A stretch of 64,000 nucleotides of DNA from NCBI GenBank assembly GCA_036172245.1, contig JAYWIR010000022.1, positions 2,852,001 to 2,916,000 on the forward strand. The letters run 5' to 3'. Numbering within the stretch: position 1 is the first letter of the stretch; each line of letters starts with the position of its first letter. This document shows, piece after piece, positions 10,934 through 22,570 of the stretch. Under the pieces are notes generated by a model. That model saw only the letters and a list, made by a program, of their open reading frames with translations, did no database searches and was not told the DNA's origin. A program made the translations under genes and the position numbers. Origin of the DNA: Raillietiella orientalis. Its lineage: Eukaryota.

Positions 10934-11606
10934 CTAAACACTCAACAACCGCCTAGGGGCTCATAAAGCTCTTTGACGCTGTCCACTCCACCCGTGGCGT
11001 GCGACTCTTCACGATAAGGGATGCCCGGGAGAAGAGGACGCTGCTATGAATCCAGGAAGGCTCCGGAGGAAAGAGTCCGTTCCCCTTACCCTCTGGAGGG
11101 GTCCCCCAAAGGAGATCACTCATTTCTTCTTCGAAGGGAATCCAGAAAGGATCCGCTCCTCGTTCCCTCCTTCTCTGAAGAGAACCCCGGAGGGATGCTT
11201 CCCAGTTTCTCTGAAGGATGCTCCCCGAAGGGAGCAACGCGCTCCTGACGCTCTGGAGAGGCGACCCCCCGCAAGGGGGGTATCAAACAGATCCATGGTA
11301 CGCGATACCAGAAAGCGGCTCCATTTCTCAACCGGAACTTCTTGGTTCCTGGAAGGGCCTCGGAAGGTTAAATCCCGATCCCGGCCTGTCGAAGGGGGCA
11401 TCATCGGCTCCTCCTAGTGTCCATTGCTGCACCCAAAGCCCGCAGGCCAGCCAGCGCCATCCCGGGGGGAGGAGGAGGAGGAGGGAGTTTCTCGAAACCC
11501 ACGACGTGCCCATTTCTCGGCGTCGATACTTCCCCCAGGCGGGATTCGAACCGGCAACGCCTGGCGGGTGCCACGTGCGGACGCCGTAGCCACACGGCCG
11601 CCAACA
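10934..11606 (-). mobile_element. tRNA-derived SINE-like element with hairpin-array body, copy 1 (uninterrupted)
   Basis: Minus-strand A-box-like GGCCGTGTGGCTACGGCG (11582-11599) and B-box GGTTCGAATCCC (11541-11552); body collinear with 56595-56940 + 62386-62705 + 63526-63605. Confidence 0.72.
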
Positions 11607-12943
11607 TGGGCGCGAGTTGTCGAGCGGCTCGACGATTCTTCGTGCACACGAGGGATTGCGCGCTCATGAAGACTCCATGACTCCAGGGTCCCCGGAGAGC
11701 CTACCGCCGACGGCTGTGCAGACGGCGCCTGCGCTCTTTCCTCCTTCCCTGGAGGGTCCCAGTCTGCTCCCTGTCCCAAACTCCCTCTCTTCTCCTACTT
11801 CCGACCGCGTCTCCGGTCTTTCGAAGAGAAGGCAGGAGGCCTTGAGGATGGTCGTGGTCCGAGCCCTCTTCCGGAAGTGTCACGTTCGACCAAGTCCCCA
11901 GCCGTCTCCCGGGATGGGTCGATCGCGGGACAAGAGTTCTAAAAAACTCTAGGAGCTTCGAGCGCCTTCGCCCGGAAGTTCCCCTTGGAACTCTTTTCGG
12001 GAGGAAAGAGGAGCGAGGTTCGCTGCAGTCTCCTCTGGAACCTCCCGTCTTCCGCGAAGTGACTGAATGAATTGCCCTCGAGTGACGTTGCAGGTCGTCG
12101 CCGCAAAGGTGCACGGGGTTCGGCTGCCACGGGCTCGCGCCGACGACACCTCCCGCAAGGTGGAGTGAAGGGGTCAAAGGGGAACGGCGGGAACTTTCGA
12201 AAGCCACCGGAACGAATCCGCGTGCTCCCAGTTGTGGGAAAGATGATGATTCCGAGAGGGTCATCAGGGCAGGCGCTGCGCGAGGGTGGGGAGGTTTTCA
12301 GGGATAAGCACCCGGAGAATGGGGACGCGCATGCTCTTGCGGGAGGCTGAGCGGTCGCGTTCGGGGATCCCTGCTCAGATCAGTTGGGACTGAGACGGGG
12401 ACCTCCGGTTTTTCCTTGGCTGGGGGGCTCTGCCTGAGTCGATCTTGGGTCGGCGCCGGGACTTTTTTGAAAGAACGGAACACCTCAGATCCCTCCCGAC
12501 CCTCTGGGAGTCGGAGAGAGAGAGTCGCTTGTTCCAAACGGTGAGCCGCGTCTGCGTTTCCTTCTATGCCGAACTCTTTTATTGCCACTTCTTCGGACCA
12601 CTTTGCAGCGTCGCAACGAATCTCCCCCCAAAAGGCCGAGACCCCGCCAAGCGCAGGAAACGAGCAGCCCTCAGACGGGGCTGTAGACCATCGCGAATGG
12701 GGGTTCCATGCGTGCGTCGTCCGCCCCCACGACCCCTTTCGAGAAACGGGACCAGGTAGCTGCCGCGCATGCCCGTTCCGTTCAAGAGAGGAAAAGCGGG
12801 GTAGAAGAGAGAGAGACCCCCTCCGTTTTCGCAGCTTCTGCAGAAAAAGTCTCGCTCTTTGGAACGGACCGTCGGTCAACGTCCCTCCTGGGCACTGGGA
12901 CCACACGCGGAAAGAGGACAACATCGACTGCTCCACTTCTTAC

Positions 12944-13138
12944 CTTCGCTAGTAGTGCTGAAGTCCAAGCTGTCAATGCTCGACTGAGAGCTGTCTTTTC
13001 TTCTGTTGCAAGCTGTCTGAACAACTCTTATCATTTCATCTTGAGCACCTACCGAATTGTAAACGTCATGGTCTTGGATTTTTCCCCTGGAAGCCATCAA
13101 GTGTTTTGGTAAGTCGGTCACAGTGACACGCACGCGTA
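12944..13138 (-). CDS. Rph: Probable rabphilin exon 5, linker (VRVRVTVTDLPKHL...RRKDSSQSSIDSLDFSTTSE)
   Basis: Acceptor gatgtgcag|, strong donor GAAG|gtaaga; 195 nt, open, phase 1-1 fits both neighbours; junction SWTNG-VRV resembles Noc2 TWARGRVV; linker is not conserved so homology support is limited. Confidence 0.7.
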
Positions 13139-13234
13139 CTGCACATCACGAACACATTACGAGTCTCCTAAAGCGATCTAACTGTTAAGGCACAGATGCA
13201 TTCGTGGCTGCTATCGTTACCGTTGTCAGGACGC

Positions 13235-13416
13235 GCAAGTATTGCGTTTCGGTGCGATCTGAGAAAAGAGAGCACTCTACGAGAGCTTTCCAAGTGAGTG
13301 GACGTAAGGCTATCGACGAACAAGCAAGGGATGGGGACGGAAGATGAATGCAACTGGAAGACGAGCCAACAGTCACGCGGGAAACGGAGGGACGTGCCCT
13401 TGCTCCCTGCAATGCG
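13235..13416. repeat. ~180-bp direct repeat B, copy 2
   Basis: See 10352-10532. Confidence 0.92.
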
Positions 13417-15829
13417 TGTCAGACAGGAATGCGTTGAGAAACAACTTTCATGAGAACGGCAGGTGCATTTCGTGCGGACAAACTCGTGCGAGAGGCGAGG
13501 AGGAGGGGGGGGAGTCCACCGATCGGCCACCGACCAACTGCTGCTTTGGGATTGCCGTCAAAAGCGAAAACCCCTCTCCCTATGGCCTCTGAACGTGGAC
13601 TTTGGCTGATCAGGCTCGGGAGGAGCGAGCACGCCCAGGAAGCGTGAGTCCGGTTGCGTAAGAGCGCATCATCACGAGGGAGGAAGTGAAGCATCCGGAC
13701 AAAATCCACGGGGTCTGTGGATGCCCTCGGGAATTCTCGACGACGTATGCCACGGGACGAAGCGACCCCGGCTCAAGTCGTACCTTCACAGTCGGGCTGC
13801 CCCGGGGGAAGACGACTAGGGTCAGCCTTTCAGGCCCGTGCGGCGTATCCGCGCCAATCGAGGGAGCTGCCTTGTCCTGGAGGGAAGGGAAACTGCCGCT
13901 TCCGGAGGCGAGGCCGGGGGCTCGAACCGCGGGGCGGCTCTGCCTTCTGGCCGCGGACCAGCTAATGCCGAAAATAAAGCTCAGCAGTTCTGCGGATGCC
14001 CAGCTGGCAGCGCCTTCGGGATCCGGTTGAGACGCACTTCTCGGGCCGGGTTTGAAGGCTCTCCGTCGCGGATCAGTCAGTCGCCGGGCTGGAGCGCCGA
14101 GTCGGAGGCTGAACCCCTCTTCCTTATGAGAGACGACACGGAACCCTTATCGTTCGCCCGTCGCGGATCAGTTAGTTGGGCCAGCTCGTGGCGACGACCG
14201 AAGGCACATGCGCCTGCGCGAAGGCGGGAGAAGCTTCTCTTTTTTTCTCTCGTGGGAGGCCGCGCGCGCGCTCGGCGCGACGCTGTGCAGTCGACTGCGG
14301 GGGACATTTCGAAGCGGGGCGCAGTGGTGCACCCTTGCTCGCGGTTTCGTCCTCCTGGTTCGGCGGCGAGCGGTGGAGAAAGAAGTGAGAGGAATTCGGC
14401 TACGGGGCGCATCATCCGTCCCGTCTCTGCAGCGAACCGAAAAGGTGCAGGCCCTCCTTGGGGTCGGGGCTCTCCTGCCGGAAACGGACGACCGCACGAG
14501 CCGGGTGGCCTTCCCCCGACTACCAGGACTGACGCGCGCGCGCGCGTGACCTGCTGTAGGCAGGCACGGTGGCACCCCCAGCAGTGGCCTCCAGGATCCG
14601 AAAATCCGAAACCTCAGAGATGGCGCGACTGCCTCCTTGACGACGGAAGGATCCTCGCTTTCCCGTCTCCTCTTCCCGGGTCGCACGCGCGTGTCCCCCT
14701 GGGGACGGCTTCTTCAAGGACCCTTAATCCCTTTGTCCCGGCCTCCGCTCAGCGGGGTCATTTCCGACGCTGCGCGTGCTCATCAGGACCCCTCAGGAAG
14801 GAGCCTCCTGCTTTCCCGGGAGGGCGGGAGGAGAGCAGGAAGAGAGTGGCGGCTCCCCGGTTGCTGCTGCATCCGCAGCTGCCTCTGTGGGGTTTCCCAT
14901 GCAGCCTTTTGAGGAGGTCCTCGGGCGAAGTCGTCCGTGGGCTTACCCCCTCCCCTCCCCGACCTAGGGGTTGACTTTCAGAGGTCATTTCCCCTCCCCC
15001 CTCATGTCATTACGGGAAGAGGCTCCCCCCGCGCGCTAAGGAGGCGTTGTGCCCCGAAGCCGGAAGAAAAACAACGGGTTCCTTGTTCGTGGGTCCTTGG
15101 GGGTGGGGTGGGAAGGGGGAAGGCATCCCCTGGCTGCCTTGGAGCTCCAGGCCCTTCTGGGAAAGGAGATCCCTTGGACAGGGGAAAAAGGGAGAGGCGG
15201 GAGGGGGAGGAAGCGGTCAAGGATGGGCACGCCCAAGTCCGCCAGCGCCGTGAGCAGCAAGCAGGCGCGACTCTTCCCCGCTCCGAAGAGGGGGACAAGG
15301 AAGAGGGGGAACCCACCTTTCGAGGGACATGAGCGTGCGTCCCTCCTCCTCCTCCTTCTCGGGGCGGGGGGGAGGAGAGGAAAGGGAGAGGAGGAAAGGG
15401 CGTCGGTGTCAAAACCCGTCCTCGTGACGGAAAGGGGGCGCCGTCGCCTCACCTTTGTTCTGCCCTCTTGTCGGTGCCCAATGAGGCGCCGCCGATGTTG
15501 TCTTCTCTGTCTTCGTCAGAGGATTCCTCCAGGTTGTCCTGACAATCGAGCTCCGCTGGAAGAGAAAGGGCGAGGAGAGCTCGTTTCTGTCGGTCGGGGG
15601 TGGCCGACGTACGGCATCATCCGGTTCCTCCCCTCATTCTTCCTCCGAAGAACCCCTCCCTGCCCCCCTTCGCGGAAACCCAGGGTCCCCCGGGAGCTGG
15701 CGCCCCCCCTCTTGCCGCCTCTCCTCGAGCAATCCCTCCTTGAGGCTGCAAGCCTGCAGGAACCGGAAGCGGCTCTCCCCCCTTGCGCGTGCACGCGCGG
15801 GGGAGGCGCACTGGATGGTGACGGCGGCG

Positions 15830-16390
15830 GAGGAAGCGAAGATGATGATGGTCTTTATGAGATGGCGACGGTGATAGCTGTTGTGTTGATGGCGCTTGTG
15901 CTGATGATGATGACGACGATGATTGTGGGTCTTGTAATGATAATAATTATTTCTTGTTGTGACGATGATGACTATTGCTGCACTGATGGTGATGGTATTG
16001 ATGCTGATTGTTGTGATGATGGTGGTGCTTGTGATGATGATGATGATTTCTTGTTATTGTTGTGATAAGCATAATGAATGTTTCTTGTTGCAATAATGAT
16101 GATGATTGTTGCTTGTCGTCATCGCTGCTGTGATGTTGGTGGTGGTGATTGTTATTGTGGCGGTGGTGGTGGCGATGATGATGATGTTGATGGCGGTGGT
16201 AACCATAATGATTGTTGCTTGTTTTTGTCGTCGTTGCCGTGTAATAGCAAATTGTGCCGTTACTGCTAATGATGATGATGATAACTGTTGCGTGCTGTTG
16301 CTGCCGTTGTGGTGATTGTTGTCATGGTGGTGGTCCTTGTGCTGACGACGACGACGACGACGATGTGGTGGTGGCGGTGGCGGTGATGCT
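15830..16390. repeat. Degenerate trinucleotide low-complexity tract (GAT/GGT/TGT/GAC)
   Basis: Mixed (GAT)n, (GGT)n, (TGT)n and (GAC)n runs in intron 4. Confidence 0.9.
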
Positions 16391-16642
16391 GAAGGGGTGG
16401 AAGAAGGGAGGGGACGGGTGTGGGGCGGCTGCCGGACTCTGCGCTCCTCCACCCCTTCCCTTCCTCCCGGCCCGGGCGGAGGCGCTCGTCGGCCCGGTCG
16501 CCGTCGTCCTCTTGGACCACGGCGAGCGGAGGGGGCAGCTAGGGTCCATCCGGCCTTCCCATCGTTTCCCCCTCCCCCCGCATCACCATGGCCGAGGCGC
16601 GGCGGAAAGGGGAAGGGTGGGGCGGGGCGCGCCTGCCCTTAC

Positions 16643-16862
16643 CACCATTGGTCCAGCTGTTGTACCTCCGGTAGACGATCTTGGGCCTGGGGACCACGCC
16701 CTCGCTGCGCTTTCTCACGGGCAGGATGAACTTGGGGAGGCTCTTGAAGAACCAGGCGCCGGACTTCTTCCACACCTCGCGGTACTCCGCGCAGAGCTTG
16801 CACAGCCAGATGCTCTCCTTGGAGGTGGAGGTCAGATTGACCACGCACTTCTCGCACAGCGC
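16643..16862 (-). CDS. Rph: Rabphilin exon 4 (ALCEKC...[30 protein letters not shown]...SWTNG), second half of Zn finger plus SGAWFF motif
   Basis: Acceptor cttttgtcctttgcag|, donor G|gtaagg; 220 nt, phase 0-1; diagnostic SGAWFF Rab-binding motif. Confidence 0.96.
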
Positions 16863-19800
16863 CTGCAAAGGACAAAAGCCGCATGGAGTGAGGCATCACA
16901 TGGCGAAGGCGGTCAGGAGCCACGGAAGGGGGAGGGCAAGGAGAGACGCTGCTCGATCGCGTCTTCCATCCTCTTTCCTGGAGGAGAAAGTTTAAGGGTA
17001 GACGCAGCTCGGAAGCGGTGTCAGGAGTCGACGGAGCCCGCGGCAGGGGGTGAGTGGGGGAGAAGGCTCCTCCCTCTCTCCCCGAAAGAGGTTCGCGTGC
17101 CTGAGGGTGCGAAGAAAACCTCCTGGTCGCGTACTCCCAGACCTGTCAACCCACCGTCCTGCATGCAGAGGAGTAGCTCCCCCCCCAGCCCCTCCGAGAC
17201 CTCTTCTTCGGAGCCCCGAGCCTCTCCCAGAGGGGAGGAGAGAGCCCTCTGGTAGTCCCATCCCGCCTCCGCAGAGCGCGCCCCGACGGCGGCTGCCGTT
17301 CTATCGCGGCGTTGCCGCGGAGACGCGGGGCTCCTCGCGTCCTTGCCTCTCACCGAACGAGCGAGCTCGCGCCTGCGCCGAGCAGAATTGAAGCGGAAGG
17401 CTCAAGCGGCAAACGCGCAGCAGGGAGGGGTTGGGGGGGGAGGGAGAATTATTGAAGAATTGGCGGCTCCTCCACCAACGCAAGAGCGGGAAGAGGAGAA
17501 GCAGCCCCGCCCACGCACCGCCACGAGCAGCGCTCCGCGCAGAGTCTCCTCCACCCGCGAGCTTGGCGCAGCTTCTTCCTCGGCAGGTGAGGCCGGAGGC
17601 GATGGCGCCGTTCCGAGCTTGTCCCGTCCCTCGGTGAAGTTTGCGCGCGCTGACGAAGCTTCCGAAGGAACGCGCCGCGCCGGCGCCCGCGAGGTTCTGC
17701 TCGGGACGCGGACACGCCATTCCTCCTACTCTCCCCCCCTCCACCGCCGCGGAAGCTCCTTTTTCCCTCCTCCTCCACTGTGCTGCTGCCGTTGCGAAAG
17801 GCGGAAGAGGAAATGCAACGTGCCTGCGGCAGCGGCAGCAGCAGCGATTTCTCCCCCTCCCCTCTCCCTAGTGCCTGCTCGCGTCCTCCGCCGCCAAGGA
17901 GTGCTAAACTTCGCGGAGGAAACGCTCGAGGGGGGGCGACGCGAGGTGGAGGAAGCAGCTGCTGCAGGGCCCCTGGGGGCGCCTCCGGGAGAAGCAAGGG
18001 GAAAGGGGAGCGAGGCGCCCTGCAGCGGAGAAAGGGGGGGGAAAGAAGGGGAGCCGGGCGAGGCAGGAGGCGATAGCACAGGCGCGAGGATCCAAGCTGC
18101 GGCGCAGCTGGCAACCCTGCTGTTTGGAGAAGCGCGCGAGCCTGCGCGTAGAAGGAGCGCGCGGGGGTCGTCTGAGGCCGGTCCAGCTGCCGCTGCTCTT
18201 CCCTGAGGTCCTCCGGATGCCTCTCCCCCCCGTTCCGAAGATGATGCAAGGGGAAGGAAAACCGGAAGGGAAACAGACTTGCTGGGTTCCACCACCACCG
18301 CCTCGGGCGCCTCCAGTCACGTGCAAGACGCCCCCACCCCCCGGCAGGGACTCGCGCGCACAGGTGACCGATCTTCTCCTCCAGGCGGAAGGAAACTGGA
18401 TTCGGCAGGAACACTCCAGCCAAAAAACACACCCTAGCAGAAGCGAGTGCGCGCGCACCTCTGGGCATGCAGGAACCTCCGGTCGATTTTTGGCGCCAAT
18501 GCAGAAGCGTGTGGAGGTAGCCACCGCACTGTGGCGCTCTCCCAGATGGATACGAGGAGCACAACTCCCTCCCCTTTTCTCTTGCCCAGAGGGACTTTTA
18601 GGGATTCCCTTCCCTCCGGAACCCACCTCCCTCCCCCTTTCGCCCGGACGCGTGTCTCATCCCAAACGGCTGATGCGGCGCGGAGAAACTCCGCCGCATC
18701 CTACCACATCCGGAACGTCGCCCACGGCACTGCCAATTCTTCGCCTGTCATCCCGGATCCGGCCGCTTCGCTCTCTCGGCTTTCCCAGCACGTACGGGTT
18801 ATCAGTCGAGCTGAGACGCCGCGCTTCCGAAGGTAACCATAGGAACGGACGATTAGAGATCGACCGGGTTTGCCAATCTCGAATGGGAAGAGGAAGAGGG
18901 GGAGAGGAGATCTCGGAGGTGAACTGCGACTTCTCGGGCAAGCCTTCTTCTTGCCCGAGGGAAGTTCGGAAGGAAGGTCTGTGCTCGCCGCGAGTCATTA
19001 ACGCAGCCGACGGGAAATTTGCAAGCGAATGGATGGATCGCAGGCGGAATGATGAAAATGCTACACTTGCGCCAGTCCCACTGGCTCCGCCGGAGGAATT
19101 GTAAATAAACAGAGATGAAAAATGGGTCGCGCGCTTCCTCGCTCCCTCCTCCCTAGTGGACGGGGTCGAGCCTCGACTGTATCAATACGACTTCGAAGGA
19201 AGAATCGGGCGTAAGACGCAGCCTCCCTCCGCACAGAAATTAACATCCGGGCAGGACGCGCCCGCGTGCCTTCGCGGAGGAAAACGCGACCGCTGATGGA
19301 GATCGGAGGCCGAGGCGGAGGGGAGGAGGGACAAGGAAGGGAGCGTGGGTGGATGAAGCACGGCCAGAAAGGAGGGTCCTTTCGGTCAGGCGTGGAAGAG
19401 TGCGGGCGCCAGAGATCCTAGCTCTTGAAAGCTTCCGGAAGCACATCTTGTTCTCGCTCTTGAAACTGGGAACGAGGCGGCCGGGAGCGCCGAAAGATCT
19501 CGAGGGTCGCGGCTCGGAAGCACTTCCATGTGCCCGCCTTGTCCATGGTGCTGAGGAAGCCAAGGACACCTTGCGACATATAAGATGCGTGCGGAGAGAT
19601 AAAGGCTTGAAAGCTTCTGGGTGTAGACATCACAAACATCCCGATCTACGACGCTCCTTCCCCGGGAGGCACCTATCTCTTGCTCCACTAAAATCTCGAG
19701 AGAGAGAGAAAGAGAGAGACAGTTTTTTTTTAAAAAAAAAAAAAAAAAAGTTCCCTTTCGTGGTAAGCATGTGGGTAAAGGCAAAAGATGCCTCCTTCTC

Positions 19801-20454
19801 CAAGAGCAGCTTCACATTCGGCAGGCAGCACAGACCACAAACGGAACAGACAGAAGAGACGTCAGGCATTCCTGTTGAACGTAGGGAAGAAGAGACGAAC
19901 GATTTGTCACCCATAATTGTCTCTGGGCCTTCTGTTTCAGCTGCTCTCACCACCTGTGTGTGGGCTGAACCTATGAGGGCCATCAGAACACTCCGCGCAC
20001 ACATTCGCGAAGGAAACGCTTTCCCACTCTTGGGAAAAGCTGCTGATTAAAAACAGGGGAAGTGAGCGCGCTCTTCAGCATCCACTCAGCACGTGCACGC
20101 GTTCTTCCTTCGTTTCTTCTGGTTTCAGGACTTGAGTTTTTCTTGACGTGCACACTCACTCTCGAAACGTGAGGGGAGAAACGCTATCCCCTCTCAGGGA
20201 ACTCCAGCTGCTCTTCCCCGGTTAGGTGCAGTCCAATTCACCGCAGGGATCCACTTCGGACCATCCCACTTCTTCCACTCTCACTCTCTCTCTTCATCGT
20301 CAACTGGCTGATGCCCTCCCTAAAGGACTTCGCCGGGAATCCTTGGAATTCCCTTGAAAGAAGTGGAGATGTCCCGGGAGTTCCACGACAGCCCCACGCT
20401 CCTCTCGAAGTGTCAGGGCTCGGCGATGCAAATGCGCTTCCTTGGGCCATATCA

Positions 20455-20515
20455 TGGGATGCACGCCTCCGCCTCTAGACCAGCGGGAGTGTGAGCCTTA
20501 GACCGCTCGATCAAA
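20455..20515 (-). repeat. Decayed tRNA-Leu-like head (SINE or pseudo-tRNA fragment)
   Basis: Minus strand CGAGCGGTCTAAGGC...GGAGGCGTG resembles the tRNA-Leu D-arm and variable-arm end; T-arm/B-box missing. Confidence 0.35.
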
Positions 20516-21166
20516 TGCTCGGTGCTCTTCTTCCGAGATCAACCTGATGGACAAAAGGACGGGAGGATGGCTCACGTCCGATGCTCTTGATTCAATACCG
20601 ATTCAGCAACAGAAGCAAAACCCAAGCGCTTTGGATCACTTCAGCAACGTGCGAGTAATCCACTCCCCTGGACAAACGAAAATCTCAATTCCTGTACAGC
20701 TTCTCGACCAGAGAGAGGAAACTCTACAGTTTCCTTCGGTGGAACGCTTGTTGGATTTCCTGCTCATTTGGAACAGCAGCCATGGCGACGGACATGGATG
20801 GATGCATGTTCGTTTAGGCACTCCGAAACTTTCGTGTGTTGGAATTGCAGGACTACTTGTTGAGGATCACGTGTTGGAGTTCCTAAAGACGTGTCAAAGA
20901 GTAGTTGGAGCGTTTGGTGAACTCACAAAGAGCATTGCGTGTCCCTTACCTATAGAGGCAACAAAATCTCTTACTTGAGCACACCTAAACGTCACGCGCA
21001 TAATTCACAACCTGCTGTGTCAGTTGTGGCCTCATACCAGCTTTTAATGCATAATATATCCATGCAAACCTGTATGTACAAATGCAGATTTTATGCACGT
21101 TCTGTGAATTTTTTCTTTAAGAAAGCTTTCTTATTCTTCTGGCAGCAACCATATTAGATAAAGATA

Positions 21167-21187
21167 TAGATAGATAGATAGATAGAT
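21167..21187. repeat. (GATA)n microsatellite
   Basis: Direct inspection. Confidence 0.85.
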
Positions 21188-22398
21188 ATGCATACATTCA
21201 TTTGTATGCATGTCTGTTACATATGTCAATCATAAATATGAGTGTTTGCTTACCACTTGCCACTCTTTGAGCATAATAATGATGTGATCTCAAAGCAGAC
21301 GGGGAGTGCACAGGAAGTTACAAGAGTTTCTTCAGAGGTGCGTGCTACAAAAGGAATTCTTGCAGTTGGTATCCATGGCCACTCTGTGGAACTGTGGCAC
21401 TGCTAACCTATGACTTCTCACTTGGTCTTGTTCAGCCCTGATTGAATCTTTGTTTCGGAGAGCGCTTCTTTCGAAGTGGCTCAAGGACGTCTTGGAAACG
21501 GCACATTTCCCTGCGTAGCACATTTACCTTCTTAGCTGCAACATCGTGTGCAGCGGGACTCAAGGGACCAGAGTTTTTTACAGTAACCCTCTTTTAGCAG
21601 CAAAGTGACAAGTTTACACTCTTGGGTTCCAGTTTCCAACGGGGAGCATTACATAACCCCCCACTCGCACTGTGCTGAGTGCGTGGAGGGAGCGCGGACG
21701 GTCCAATCAATCTGAAGCGATCCCTTTATCATCAAATTTTCATGTAGCTCAATGAGCTGCCAACTATCTCATTTGCGGGTGCAAATAGATTTCTTTCTTT
21801 CTTTCTTGCAGGGATGGGGAGGAGTAGGATCCTTTGTGAGATGTGAGCGCGGTTCGGTGTAAACCTGTTTATCTTTCCCCTTGGTCCATTGAGAGTCCTA
21901 CTCGAAAAGCGAGTTCCTTCCCTCCACGGGAGTTGGGACCAAACATCAAACCAGCTTCAGCTAAGACTTTCCGAGAGCGCACCTTCCGTCGGCTTCGTCA
22001 ACGCACAGTGGAAAATCCGTTTGCGGCGAACGTTTCCCCGTTTTCTCCGAGTGATTACTTTTCGGGAGAAGCAGCACCGAGGATGTAGCCAGTTGCAAGG
22101 ACCGTTCCCAAACCTTGTGCACACAAGAGGGAATCCCAATACAGAGACGCACACAAGAGAAACGAGCAACCGCCATAATAACACGGAAAATTGCAGTTCA
22201 TGGTTCGTGGTTTCTTAAATTCAAAGATGGTCCTCGGCCACCTTTCCCGATCAGGGGGAGGGGGAACGGGAAAAGAGCTTAGCGTTTAGCTTCACGCAAA
22301 CCTAAACCGACTCAACTTTTGCTAAGGTCTCTATTTTTGTTTTTGTTTTTTTCAGAACGGGAAGAAGTCAAAGGCATTGAATTTTTCAACGATTGTAC

Positions 22399-22528
22399 CT
22401 TATTGCAGTCCCGACACAGCAGCCCACAGGATGCTAGGAGGCGGAAGTGTTCTCCGCAAAGAGCGCACTGATTCAAACCATTTCCTTTGCTGTTTTTCTT
22501 CATATTCTCCATCCGTTCCACGAGGTAA
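22399..22528 (-). CDS. Rph: Rabphilin exon 3 (YLVERMENMKKNSKGNGLNQCALCGEHFRLLASCGLLCRDCNK), first half of FYVE-like Zn finger
   Basis: Acceptor gtgctacag|, donor AAG|gtacaa; 130 nt, phase 2-0; two CxxC motifs and the GNG..QC.LCGE motif. Confidence 0.95.
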
Positions 22529-22552
22529 CTGTAGCACGAAACACACATTTAA

Positions 22553-22570
22553 ATATATATATATATATAT
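22553..22570. repeat. (AT)n microsatellite just upstream of the exon 3 acceptor
   Basis: Direct inspection. Confidence 0.85.

Noticed and set aside
11520..11606. Functional tRNA gene
   Set aside because: A and B boxes are present, but there is no convincing acceptor or anticodon stem; it continues into a repeated body, so it is treated as a SINE head
10352..13416. LTR retrotransposon or TRIM defined by repeat B
   Set aside because: No TG...CA ends, TSD, PBS or PPT recognised, and the interior contains a probable host exon
14700..14790. Minus-strand CTGATGA...GAAA resembling a hammerhead ribozyme core
   Set aside because: Stem II lacks the closing G-C pair, and no stem I/III pairing or NUH site could be built
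15049..17255. Long plus-strand ORFs rich in D/V/M/C and minus-strand His/Thr-rich ORFs
   Set aside because: Translations of a trinucleotide low-complexity tract and the antisense of exon 4
21368..21382. RFX X-box-like GTATCCATGGCCAC (similar sites near 1913, 23050 and 31418)
   Set aside because: All have mismatches to the consensus and are not promoter-proximal; may be chance
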